64,000 bases of DNA, from contig CAWGYQ010000002.1 in NCBI GenBank assembly GCA_963826865.1, forward strand, positions 162,241 to 226,240. Reading direction: 5' to 3'. The DNA comes from an uncultured Acidobacteriota bacterium (lineage in GTDB: Bacteria > Acidobacteriota > Vicinamibacteria > Vicinamibacterales > CAVPJW01). A model generated the notes under the pieces. The model was not told where the DNA came from, did no database searches, and saw only the letters and a program-made list of their open reading frames with translations. A program made the translations under genes and the position numbers. Shown piece after piece: positions 19,566-27,910 of this stretch; position 1 is the stretch's first letter; every line of letters starts with the position of its first letter.

Positions 19566-20170
19566 CAGGCGTCCACCGATGGGCGCGGTGCTTCAGGCGC
19601 GGCACCCGGGACCTCGACCTCTTCCGGGGTGACGTCGCGAGGAGCCACCCGGACCTCGGTCCGGCGCGCGAGAACGACGGCACCCAGCATGGCGGTGAGA
19701 ATCAGCACGGATGTCACCTCGAACGCGAAGGCGTGCTCGGTGTACAGCCTCCGCCCGATCTCGGCAACGGATCCGAGGTCCGCGACCCCGTCGCTCGTCC
19801 CGCCCTGCGGAGTCACCTGGCTCACCCGCGTCAGCGCCCACCAGAGCTGCGCCGCCAGCACAGCCGCCAGCAGTGCGCCGAACTGACGAAGACCGCGCGC
19901 CTCCCGCACGACTTCACCGGGCACGTCCTCCGTGGGCGCGTTGAGCAGCATGACGACGAAGAGGAAGAGCACCATGATGGCGCCCGCGTAAATGATGATC
20001 TGGATGACCGCCACGAACGGGGCATCGAGGAGGACGTAGAGTCCTGTCAGACCGCCGAACGAAAGGATGAGGAGCAGGACGCTGTGGATCGGGTTGGGCC
20101 GACCGATGACGAGCAGCGACGCGCCAACCGTCACCGCCGCGAACAGGTAGAAGAGGAGACCTTCAGCCAC
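19565..20170 (-). CDS. nuoJ: NADH-quinone oxidoreductase subunit J
   Basis: 201-aa ORF of the ND6/NuoJ family (…FVAVIQIIIYAGAIMVLFLFVVMLL…). Its start overlaps the nuoH stop. Confidence 0.88.
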   Translation of the reverse strand: MAEGLLFYLFAAVTVGASLLVIGRPNPIHSVLLLILSFGGLTGLYVLLDAPFVAVIQIIIYAGAIMVLFLFVVMLLNAPTEDVPGEVVREARGLRQFGALLAAVLAAQLWWALTRVSQVTPQGGTSDGVADLGSVAEIGRRLYTEHAFAFEVTSVLILTAMLGAVVLARRTEVRVAPRDVTPEEVEVPGAAPEAPRPSVDA

Positions 20171-21191
20171 GGAAGTACAGAACTCCTGCAGCGGTCACCA
20201 GCAGGTTCAGGACCGCCAGCGGCAGCAGGACCTTCCAGCCGAAGTGCATCAACTGGTCGTAGCGGTAGCGCGGCAGCGTCCACCGCATCCAGACATAGAA
20301 AAACAGAATGGCGCCGACCTTCACCAGAAACCAGATCCACCCGAACGACTCGGGCAGCCACGGGCCGTGCCATCCGCCGAGAAAGAGATTGGTCGCCACG
20401 GCCGCCACCGTCACCATGTTCACGTACTCGGCCAGAAAAAACATGGCGAAGCTCATGCTGCTGTATTCGGTGTGGTATCCGGCGACGAGCTCCTGTTCCG
20501 CCTCGGGAAAATCGAACGGCGCACGGTTGGTCTCGGCGATTCCGGCCACCATGTAGACGAAGAACCCGAGCGGCTGCAGGAACAGGAACCATTTCGGCAC
20601 GATCCCGAACCAGGTGCCAGCCTGATCGTTCACGATGTCCCTGAGCGACAACGATCCGGCGATCACCAGCACCCCCGCCAGCGCCAGCCCGTACGACAGC
20701 TCGTAGCTGATCATCTGCGCCGACGATCGCAGCCCGCCGAGCAGCGAGTACTTGCTCGTCGAGCTCCAACCTGCGAGCACGATGCCGTAGACGCTCATCG
20801 ACGCGATGGCGAAGATGACCAGCATCGCCACGTTCACGTCGGCCACCTGCAGCGCGATCGGCTCGTCGAGCAGCCCGAACAGCGTGGTCTCGGCGCCGAA
20901 CGGCACGACGGCGAACGCTGCAAAGGCGCACGTGGCCGAAATGACGGGCGCCAGAAAGAAGACGACGTGATCGGCCGCGCGCGGCGTCAGCTCTTCCTTG
21001 AAGAGGAGCTTGACGATGTCGGCGAGCGGCTGGAGCATGCCCCGTGGCCCGACCAGGTACGGGCCGAGCCGCTGCTGAATCATGGCCGCGACCTTCCGCT
21101 CGACGTAGACCATCACCGCGGCGGAATTGAGGAGCATGAAGAAGACGAAGCCGAGCAGCCCGAGCTGGGCGATCACGGTGGCGTCCATCAC
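20163..21191 (-). CDS. nuoH: NADH-quinone oxidoreductase subunit H
   Basis: 342-aa ORF of the ND1/NuoH family (…ERKVAAMIQQRLGPYLVGPRGMLQPLADIVKLLFKEE…). The start may be the ATG at 21188. Confidence 0.92.
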   Translation of the reverse strand: MMDATVIAQLGLLGFVFFMLLNSAAVMVYVERKVAAMIQQRLGPYLVGPRGMLQPLADIVKLLFKEELTPRAADHVVFFLAPVISATCAFAAFAVVPFGAETTLFGLLDEPIALQVADVNVAMLVIFAIASMSVYGIVLAGWSSTSKYSLLGGLRSSAQMISYELSYGLALAGVLVIAGSLSLRDIVNDQAGTWFGIVPKWFLFLQPLGFFVYMVAGIAETNRAPFDFPEAEQELVAGYHTEYSSMSFAMFFLAEYVNMVTVAAVATNLFLGGWHGPWLPESFGWIWFLVKVGAILFFYVWMRWTLPRYRYDQLMHFGWKVLLPLAVLNLLVTAAGVLYFRG

Positions 21192-21212
21192 GCCCGATCC
21201 GATCCGTGCGCG

Positions 21213-22515
21213 TCAGTGGGCATGAACGGCCGTCCTGCCGCGCCAGTCGGCGACCAGCGGACACTGGCCCTCGCGAACGTGAGCCTCGGTACTCGGCCCT
21301 GAAGTGCTTCAGCGTCGTCAGGGCCGGCGTCGCAGCCGCGTCACCGAAGGCGCAGAGCGTCTTGCCCACGATGTTGTTCGCCACGCCTTCGAGGAGTGCG
21401 AGGTCGCTGGCACTGCCTTCGCCAGTCTCGATTCGGTGCAGGATCTTGTAGAGCCAGTCGGTGCCTTCGCGGCACGGTGTGCACTTGCCGCACGATTCGT
21501 GACGATAGAAGTGCAGCAGATTCTCGGCGAGCCAGACCATGCACGTCGTCTCGTCCAGCACGATGATGCCAGCCGATCCGAGCAGCGAACCCGCTTTCTG
21601 CACGGCATCAAAACTGGCTGGCACGTCGAGCTCGTGCGGCAGCAGCAGGGGCACGGACGATCCGCCGGGAATGACGGCCTTGAGACGGTGTCCGTCGCGA
21701 ACCCCGCCTGCGAAGCCGTCGATCAGCTCGCGGAGCGTCGTGTGCATCGACGCTTCGTACACGCCCGGACGCTTGACGTGCCCGCTCACGCAATAGAGCT
21801 TGGGCCCGCCGTTCTTCTCCGGGCCGAGCGCCGCGAAGGCCTCCGGCCCGCGCAGGAGAATGACGGGGACGTTGCAGAGCGTCTCGACGTTGTTCACCGC
21901 CGTCGGGCACTGATAGAGACCGGCGACGGCCGGGAACGGCGGCTTGATTCGCGGCTGCGCGCGCTTCCCTTCCAGCGACTCGAGCAGCGCCGTTTCCTCG
22001 CCCGCTTCGTACGCGCCCGCTCCGCGGTGCACGTAGATCTCGCAGTCGAAATCGGTGCCCAGGATGCCGCGGCCGGCATAGCCGGCGGCGTAGGCTTCCT
22101 CGATGGCGCGCTCGAGAACATGCTGCACGTGCATGAACTCGCCCCGGATGTAGATGTAGGCGATCTTGGCGCCGATCGCGTAGCAGCCGATGAGGCATCC
22201 TTCGAGCAGCAGGTGCGGATAGCGCTCCATCAGCACATGATCCTTGAACGTGCCCGGCTCGCTCTCGTCGGCATTGCAGGCGAGATATTTCGGTTGCGGC
22301 GTGTCCTTCAGCACGAATTGCCACTTCATGCCGGTGGGAAAGCCCGCACCGCCGCGGCCGCGGAGCCCGGACTGCTTCACGGCGTCGATCACCTGATCCG
22401 GCTTCATCGCCAGAGCCCGCTTGAGGCCTTCGTAGCCTTCGTGGCGCAGGTAGAAGTCGAGCGTGTAGGAACCAGGCTCGCGAACGAAACGCGTGAGGAT
22501 GGGCTCGAACGACAT
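21213..22515 (-). pseudogene. nuoF: NADH-quinone oxidoreductase subunit F, frame broken near the 3' end by a 1-nt insertion at 21288-21292
   Basis: N-terminal 410 aa are canonical NuoF (GLRGRGGAGFPTGMKW, ESCGKCTPCREG). After ...TLKHFRAEY the frame leaves the conserved HFRxEYEAH(I/V)xEGxCP ending. That ending (EAHVREGQCPLVADWRGRTAVHAH-stop at 21213) is present in the +1 frame. The span is 1303 nt, i.e. 434 codons plus 1. The 794-aa ORF in the track is read-through across nuoH caused by this shift. Confidence 0.85.
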
Positions 22516-22541
22516 CGGGCTTCAGGCTCCAGGCTTCGTGA

Positions 22542-23147
22542 TCAGCGCTCCCCTGCGACCTTCAAGTGACAGCCACTCACGGCACCGAGGCCGCGCGCGC
22601 GAAGAGCGTCGAGCAGCTCGCCGACCTGCTCGGGACGCTGGCGCTCGTGCCATTCGTCGTTGACCATGACGAGCGGGGCGCGGTCGCACGCACCCAGACA
22701 CTCCACCACCTGCAGCGTGAAGGTTCCGGTGGGGTCGGTTCCGCCCACGCCGACGCCCAGCGCCGCGGTGAGCTCGTCGACGACCCGCTCCGCTCCGAGG
22801 AGGGCGCACGACAGCGTGCCGCACACCTGCAGGACGTAGGTTCCCACCGGTCCGGTATGGAACATCGTGTAGAAGGACACGACGTCCTCGACTTCGGCGG
22901 GAGCGCACCCGATCACCTCGGCCACGTGGCGCATGGCATGTCCCGTGATGTAGCCCTGCTGCGCCTGCACCAGATGCAGCGCCGGCAGAATCGCCGATCG
23001 CCGCTGATCGGATGGGTAGCGCTGGCAAATCTGCTCGAGGCGCGCGCGGTGCTCGTCCGTGTAAAGGAACGGTTCGCCTTCCGGCACCAGTTTGCGAGCG
23101 GATCGGTGCTGCTCGCTCCCGTACGCCATCTTGGGGTGGAAGCTCAT
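22542..23147 (-). CDS. nuoE: NADH-quinone oxidoreductase subunit E
   Basis: 201 aa from ATG 23147 (ATGA overlap with the nuoD stop). 2Fe-2S ligand contexts VCGTLSCALLGAE and VECLGACDRAP. The upstream part of the 497-aa ORF is artefact. Confidence 0.9.
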   Translation of the reverse strand: MSFHPKMAYGSEQHRSARKLVPEGEPFLYTDEHRARLEQICQRYPSDQRRSAILPALHLVQAQQGYITGHAMRHVAEVIGCAPAEVEDVVSFYTMFHTGPVGTYVLQVCGTLSCALLGAERVVDELTAALGVGVGGTDPTGTFTLQVVECLGACDRAPLVMVNDEWHERQRPEQVGELLDALRARGLGAVSGCHLKVAGER

Positions 23148-24325
23148 CGATCCACATCTCCCATGACGACGTCGACCGAGCCAATCACCGCGATGACGTC
23201 GGCGATCAATCCGCCCACGACCAGCCGCGACAACGCCTGGCACGCCAGGAGCGACGGCGATCGGGCCTTCACGCGCCAGGGCCGATTCGTCCCGTCCGAG
23301 ACGACGTGGAACCCCTGTTCGCCACGCGGGCCCTCGACGGGCACGTACGCCTCGCCGGCAGGCACGGTGAAGCCCTGCGAATAGATCAGGAAGTGCTGGA
23401 TGAGCGCTTCCATCTCGGTGTAGACGCGATCCTTCGGCGGGGGCACGACACGCGGATCGTCCACGGCGAACTGGCCGGTGGGCGTAATCCGATCGAGCGC
23501 CTGGCGGCAGATCCGCAGACTCTGGCGCATCTCGGCGACCCGCACGAGATAGCGGTCGTAGACGTCGCCAGCCGATCCGTGCGGCACGTCGAATTCGAAC
23601 GTCTCGTAGCCGCAGTACGGAAACGCTTTGCGAACGTCGTAGGTGGATCCGGCCGCCCGGGCGATCGGCCCGACCAGGCTGTAAGCGATCGCCGCGTCTT
23701 TGGTAATGGCGCCGACGCCTTTTGTCCGTTTCAGGAAGATGCTGTTCGCGGTAAGGAGATCCTCGTACTCGGCCAGCTTCTCGGGAAACCGATCGAGGAA
23801 CGAGCGCACCGCCTCGTGGAACCCGCGCGGCAGGTCCTCGCGCAGGCCCCCGATCCGGATGTAGCTCGGAAACAGCCGGAATCCGGCGATCAGCTCGTTG
23901 ATGTTGAGCAGCAGCTCGCGCTCGCGGAAGCAGTAGAGCATCACCGACACGGCGCCCAGTTCCAAGGCATGCGTCCCGAGCCAGACCAGATGACTGTTGA
24001 TTCGCTGCAGCTCGGCGAGCAGGACGCGGATCCACGTGACGCGTTCGGGCATCTCGAGACCCAGGAGACGCTCAACCGACAGCGAGAACGCCAGGCTGTT
24101 CGACTGGGCGCTGAGGTAATCCATCCGCTCGACGAGCGTGATCACCTGCTGCCACTTTTTTTGCTCGCAGGTCTTTTCGATCCCGGTGTGCAGATACCCA
24201 ATGGTGGGAACCGCCGATACGACGTTCTCGCCGTCGAGCTCGAGCACCAGACGCAGGACGCCATGCGTGCTGGGGTGCTGCGGCCCCATGTTGACGGTCA
24301 TCGTCTCGGTGCGGAGTTCGGCCAC
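23144..24325 (-). CDS. nuoD: NADH-quinone oxidoreductase subunit D
   Basis: AELRTETMTVNMGPQHPSTHGVLRLVLELDGE is the NuoD signature. I prefer GTG 24325 (AAGGA 8 nt upstream, 2 nt after the gmhA stop) over the GTG at 24361, which would overlap gmhA by 34 nt. Confidence 0.9.
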   Translation of the reverse strand: MAELRTETMTVNMGPQHPSTHGVLRLVLELDGENVVSAVPTIGYLHTGIEKTCEQKKWQQVITLVERMDYLSAQSNSLAFSLSVERLLGLEMPERVTWIRVLLAELQRINSHLVWLGTHALELGAVSVMLYCFRERELLLNINELIAGFRLFPSYIRIGGLREDLPRGFHEAVRSFLDRFPEKLAEYEDLLTANSIFLKRTKGVGAITKDAAIAYSLVGPIARAAGSTYDVRKAFPYCGYETFEFDVPHGSAGDVYDRYLVRVAEMRQSLRICRQALDRITPTGQFAVDDPRVVPPPKDRVYTEMEALIQHFLIYSQGFTVPAGEAYVPVEGPRGEQGFHVVSDGTNRPWRVKARSPSLLACQALSRLVVGGLIADVIAVIGSVDVVMGDVDR

Positions 24326-24327
24326 GC

Positions 24328-24912
24328 CTAGTCCTTGATCTCCGATTCCACCAGCTCGCACAGGGCGTGCATCAGCGTGCGCTGTACTTCCTGCACCCGT
24401 GCGGGCGTTGTCTCGGCCACGTTGACGTGGAAGTCGACGAGGCCGGCGACGAGGCCGCCGTCGCCACCGGTGAAGGCTGCCGTTCTCGCGCCCACCACCC
24501 GGGCGGTCTTCAGGCCCTCGACGAGGTTCGGCGACCGGCCGCTGGTGGTGATGGCGAGCGCCAGGTCGCCCGGTCTCGCCAGCGCTTCGAGCTGGCGCGC
24601 GAAAACACGGTCGAACCCGTAGTCGTTGCTCACCGCCGTCAGGATGCTCGTGTCAGTCGACAGCGCGAGAGCCCCGATGGCGCGTCGCTCTCTCATGAAG
24701 CGGCCCACGAGCTCCGCGGCCAGGTGCTGCGCATCAGCCGCGCTCCCGCCATTTCCGAACACAAAGATCCTGCCCGATGCGGCCACGGTATCGGTGACCG
24801 CGCCGACGAGCGCCAGGAGAGGCGCCATGTCGGCGCGCACCATGCGCTCGTGCGCCCGGCGGGCATCCTCGAGAATCGCGCGCAGCGCATCGGCGCCCTT
24901 TTCAGCAGTCAT
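24328..24912 (-). CDS. gmhA: D-sedoheptulose-7-phosphate isomerase (SIS domain), embedded in the nuo operon
   Basis: RIFVFGNGGSAADAQHLAAELVGRF ... ALSTDTSILTAVSNDYGFDRVFARQLEALARPGDLALAITTSGRSPNLVEG aligns along its length with E. coli GmhA as I recall it. I prefer ATG 24912 (GGGGGAGAG upstream, 19 nt after the nuoC stop). A GTG at 24945 is the alternative. Confidence 0.85.
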   Translation of the reverse strand: MTAEKGADALRAILEDARRAHERMVRADMAPLLALVGAVTDTVAASGRIFVFGNGGSAADAQHLAAELVGRFMRERRAIGALALSTDTSILTAVSNDYGFDRVFARQLEALARPGDLALAITTSGRSPNLVEGLKTARVVGARTAAFTGGDGGLVAGLVDFHVNVAETTPARVQEVQRTLMHALCELVESEIKD

Positions 24913-24931
24913 CGCGAGCGCGCTCTCCCCC

Positions 24932-25480
24932 TCAGCTCGATCCACGGCGCGCCTGCCGGTCGGCCTGCAGGTTCGCGCGGAACTCCTCTTCGGTGATTTG
25001 AAGCGGCGAGCTCACCTGCGGCGCGAGCTTGATCTGCACCGGGTAGTCCTTGCGCAGTGGATGGCCCTCCCAGTCGTCGGGCATCAGGAGACGCCGCAGC
25101 TCGGGGTGCCCGTCGAAGACGATGCCCATCATGTCCCACACTTCGCGCTCCAGCCAGTTCGCCGAGGGCCAGATCGCCTGCACGGTCGGCACAGTGTCGC
25201 CGGCGGCGACCCGCACCTTGAGACGCAGCCGCGCGCGCTGAGTGATGGAGGCCAGGTGATAGACGATTTCGAATCGAGGTTCGGCGGGCCAGAAGTCGAC
25301 GCCGCTGACGTCGGCCAGAAGCGCGAAGTCCAGCTCGGGATCATCGCGGAGCACCCGGCATGTCTCGACGAGCCGGTCGGCGGACACGACGAGCGTGGAT
25401 TGATCGACGGCGGCCACGGCCTCGAACGCGGCCCCTGGGAGAGCCGATTCGAGCCGGGCGACGAGACTGGGCAGATCCAT
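24932..25480 (-). CDS. nuoC: NADH-quinone oxidoreductase subunit C
   Basis: 182 aa from ATG 25480. Motif PTVQAIWPSANWLEREVWDMMGIVFDGHPELRRLLMPDDWEGHPLRKDYP. The upstream part of the 260-aa ORF overlaps nuoB and is artefact. Confidence 0.9.
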   Translation of the reverse strand: MDLPSLVARLESALPGAAFEAVAAVDQSTLVVSADRLVETCRVLRDDPELDFALLADVSGVDFWPAEPRFEIVYHLASITQRARLRLKVRVAAGDTVPTVQAIWPSANWLEREVWDMMGIVFDGHPELRRLLMPDDWEGHPLRKDYPVQIKLAPQVSSPLQITEEEFRANLQADRQARRGSS

Positions 25481-25530
25481 GTCGAAGCTCGGCGGGCCGG
25501 CCGGGTGCGCAGGTCGGGCCCGCGGGAACG

Positions 25531-26007
25531 TCACGCCCGCTGGGCCGCGATCTTCTTCTGCAGCTGGACGATGCCGTAAATCAGCGCTTCGGGACGGGGC
25601 GGGCATCCCGGCACGTACACATCGACCGGGACGACCTGATCGACACCTTGTACCAGCGCGTAATTGTCGAAGACACCGCCGATCGACGCGCAGGCGCCCA
25701 TCGAGATCACCCACTTCGGCTCGGCCATCTGATCGTAGATGCGGCGCAGGGCGGGCGCCATTTTGCGCGAGAGCCGGCCGGCCACGATCATCAGGTCGGA
25801 CTGGCGCGGCGAGCCTCGAAACACCTCGGCGCCAAAGCGCGCGATGTCATAGCGGGAGGCGCTCATGGCCATCATTTCGATGGCGCAGCAGGCGAGCCCG
25901 AAGGTCACGGGCCAGATCGATGATCGCCTGGCCCATTGCACCATCTTGTCGACCGTCGTCGTCAGAACTGGAATCTCGAGATCGCTGGCCATGTGAACGT
26001 CGATCAC
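25531..26007 (-). CDS. nuoB: NADH-quinone oxidoreductase subunit B
   Basis: Motifs [19 protein letters not shown] and [10 protein letters not shown] (N2 cluster ligands). The start is either GTG 26007 or ATG 25992 (MASDLEIPV...). Confidence 0.92.
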   Translation of the reverse strand: MIDVHMASDLEIPVLTTTVDKMVQWARRSSIWPVTFGLACCAIEMMAMSASRYDIARFGAEVFRGSPRQSDLMIVAGRLSRKMAPALRRIYDQMAEPKWVISMGACASIGGVFDNYALVQGVDQVVPVDVYVPGCPPRPEALIYGIVQLQKKIAAQRA

Positions 26008-26020
26008 GCGCCGGCGCGGA

Positions 26021-26386
26021 TCAGCGCGCCTCCTTGCCCCAGTCCAGTACGCCCTGGCGCCAGATATACACGTACCCGACCAGCAGGATCGCGAAGAACA
26101 ACACGACCTGCGCGTAGCCCGCCCACCCGAGATCGCGGAGTGCCAGGGCCCACGGATACAAGAAGGCCACCTCGATGTCGAAGAGCAGGAAGATCATGGC
26201 CACGAGGTAGAACTTCACGGATTGCCGCTCGTGCGCATCGCCGACCGGCGGCATCCCGCACTCGTACGGGGCCAGCTTCTCGGGGCTCGGCTTGCGGGGG
26301 CCGAGGACTCGCGACAGCGCCAGCGACGCCACTGCGAATCCGGCGCCGAGGCCGATCATGAGGAGGATGCTCAGCCACCCGTTCAC
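26021..26386 (-). CDS. nuoA: NADH-quinone oxidoreductase subunit A
   Basis: 121-aa ORF (GTG) with three TM segments and the LAPYECG motif. First gene of the operon. Confidence 0.9.
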   Translation of the reverse strand: MNGWLSILLMIGLGAGFAVASLALSRVLGPRKPSPEKLAPYECGMPPVGDAHERQSVKFYLVAMIFLLFDIEVAFLYPWALALRDLGWAGYAQVVLFFAILLVGYVYIWRQGVLDWGKEAR

Positions 26387-26452
26387 GTCGTGTTATCCGT
26401 CTGCGAAGCCCTTGCAGCGCGCTCGTGAAGAATTTCTCAAGCGACCGCCCTC

Positions 26453-26481
26453 ATGCTACTGGACGCATCCGGGCAAGTCAA
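26453..26481 (-). promoter_or_regulatory. candidate sigma70-type promoter of the nuo operon
   Basis: On the minus strand: TTGACT (26481-26476), 17-nt spacer, TAGCAT (26458-26453), about 65 nt upstream of the nuoA start. Confidence 0.35.
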
Positions 26482-26523
26482 CGCGAGCGTCGGCGCGCGT
26501 CCGATCGCCGCAAGCTCTACGAC

Positions 26524-27897
26524 ATGCAATATCGCATCGCGTCACGGAGGGTCTACAATTCGCGGGTGTCCCGCCTCGCCTGGTTCACCCCGCTCGCGCC
26601 CGTGCGGTCCGGCATTTCTGCATACAGCGCCGAGCTCTTGCCCGCGATTCGCGCGCAGCACGACGTGGATGTGTATGACGAGTCCGGGGCCCACGATTTC
26701 GTCCCGCGGCACCTCCGCGCTCCCTACGATCTCGTCGTCTATCAGATGGGGAACGCGAGCCACCATGACTACATGTGGGCGTATCTGCTGCGCCATCCCG
26801 GGCTGCTCGTCCTGCACGACGCGCAGCTCCACCAGTCGAGGGCCCTTGCGCTGTTAACCCGCCGCTGGCGGCCGCTCGACTACCAGGCGGAGTTCAAGTA
26901 CAGCCACCCCGAGGCACCCATCGAAGTCTCCAACTTCGTCATCGACGGCAAATGCCGCACCCTGTTCGGCTTCTGGCCTATGCTACGGCTCGCGGTGGAA
27001 CGCTCGCGCCTGGTCGCCGTCCACAATCCCTGGCTCGCCCGCGATCTCGCGGCGCAGTTTCCCGCCTCACCCATCGTCCCGATCCGGATGGGCGTGACGA
27101 AGCTCTCGCCGAATCGAACCGCCGATCTGCGCGCGCGGCTGGGCATCGCGCCCGGCCAGGTGGTGTTTGCGTCGTTTGGACGGATCACACCAGAAAAGCG
27201 CCTGGGACCACTCTTCGAGGCCCTGGCCCGCGTATCCCGCGAGCGTCACGTCCACCTGCTGCTCATCGGAGAGGTCGCGCCCTATTACGACGTGATCTCC
27301 GAGCTGGAGCGCCACGGGATTCGCGATCGGACCACTCTGACGGGGTTTGTCGACGACACGGTGCTCGGCACGTATCTGGACGCCGCCGACGTGTGCGTCT
27401 GCCTGCGATGGCCGACCTCGCGCGAAACCTCGGCGTCGTGGCTGCGGTGTCTGGCCGCCGGGAAACCCACGATCGTGACCGAGCTCGCGCACGTGGCTTC
27501 TGTGGCGACGCTCGAGCCCTATGGATGGGCGACGCGGCAGGGCGCGATCGACGATCCGACGGTGGACCTCGGTCCGATTGCCGTCGGCCTCGATCTGATC
27601 GACGAGCCCTACTCCATCCAGCACGCCATGCGGCGGCTGGCGATCGACTCCGAGCTCCGCGCAGTGCTCGGTACGCGAGCACGCGAGTACTGGCAGCGCC
27701 AGCACATGCTGGAACACATGGCCGAGGACTACAGCCGCATTCTCCAGCGGGCCCTCGCCGCGGCGGACCCGCCAGTGCCCCCCGCGCTTCCACACCTCAG
27801 GAGGGACGGGACCTCGGGCATCGACGCCATTTTCCGGGAGACCGGGCTCGATCCGAGCCGGGTCGATATCCTTGGCTCGCTCGACTCGCTCGAATGA
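26524..27897 (+). CDS. glycosyltransferase, GT4/GT1-like
   Basis: About 457 aa from ATG 26524. C-terminal GT-B half: FASFGRITPEKRLGPLFEALARV...LLLIGEV...LTGFVDD...RETSASWLRCLAAGKPTIVTE (an EX7E-like motif). The start is uncertain (the ORF opens at 26425). Confidence 0.7.
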   Translation: MQYRIASRRVYNSRVSRLAWFTPLAPVRSGISAYSAELLPAIRAQHDVDVYDESGAHDFVPRHLRAPYDLVVYQMGNASHHDYMWAYLLRHPGLLVLHDAQLHQSRALALLTRRWRPLDYQAEFKYSHPEAPIEVSNFVIDGKCRTLFGFWPMLRLAVERSRLVAVHNPWLARDLAAQFPASPIVPIRMGVTKLSPNRTADLRARLGIAPGQVVFASFGRITPEKRLGPLFEALARVSRERHVHLLLIGEVAPYYDVISELERHGIRDRTTLTGFVDDTVLGTYLDAADVCVCLRWPTSRETSASWLRCLAAGKPTIVTELAHVASVATLEPYGWATRQGAIDDPTVDLGPIAVGLDLIDEPYSIQHAMRRLAIDSELRAVLGTRAREYWQRQHMLEHMAEDYSRILQRALAAADPPVPPALPHLRRDGTSGIDAIFRETGLDPSRVDILGSLDSLE

Positions 27898-27910
27898 ACA
27901 TCACGCTCGC

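Noticed and set aside
20131-22515. 794-aa ORF suggesting a giant NuoF fusion protein overlapping all of nuoH
   Set aside because: Only the first 410 aa or so are NuoF-like. The remainder is Arg/Ala/Gly-rich read-through in a stop-poor GC-rich frame, caused by the 1-nt insertion at 21288-21292. The true NuoF ending is present in the +1 frame and stops at 21213.
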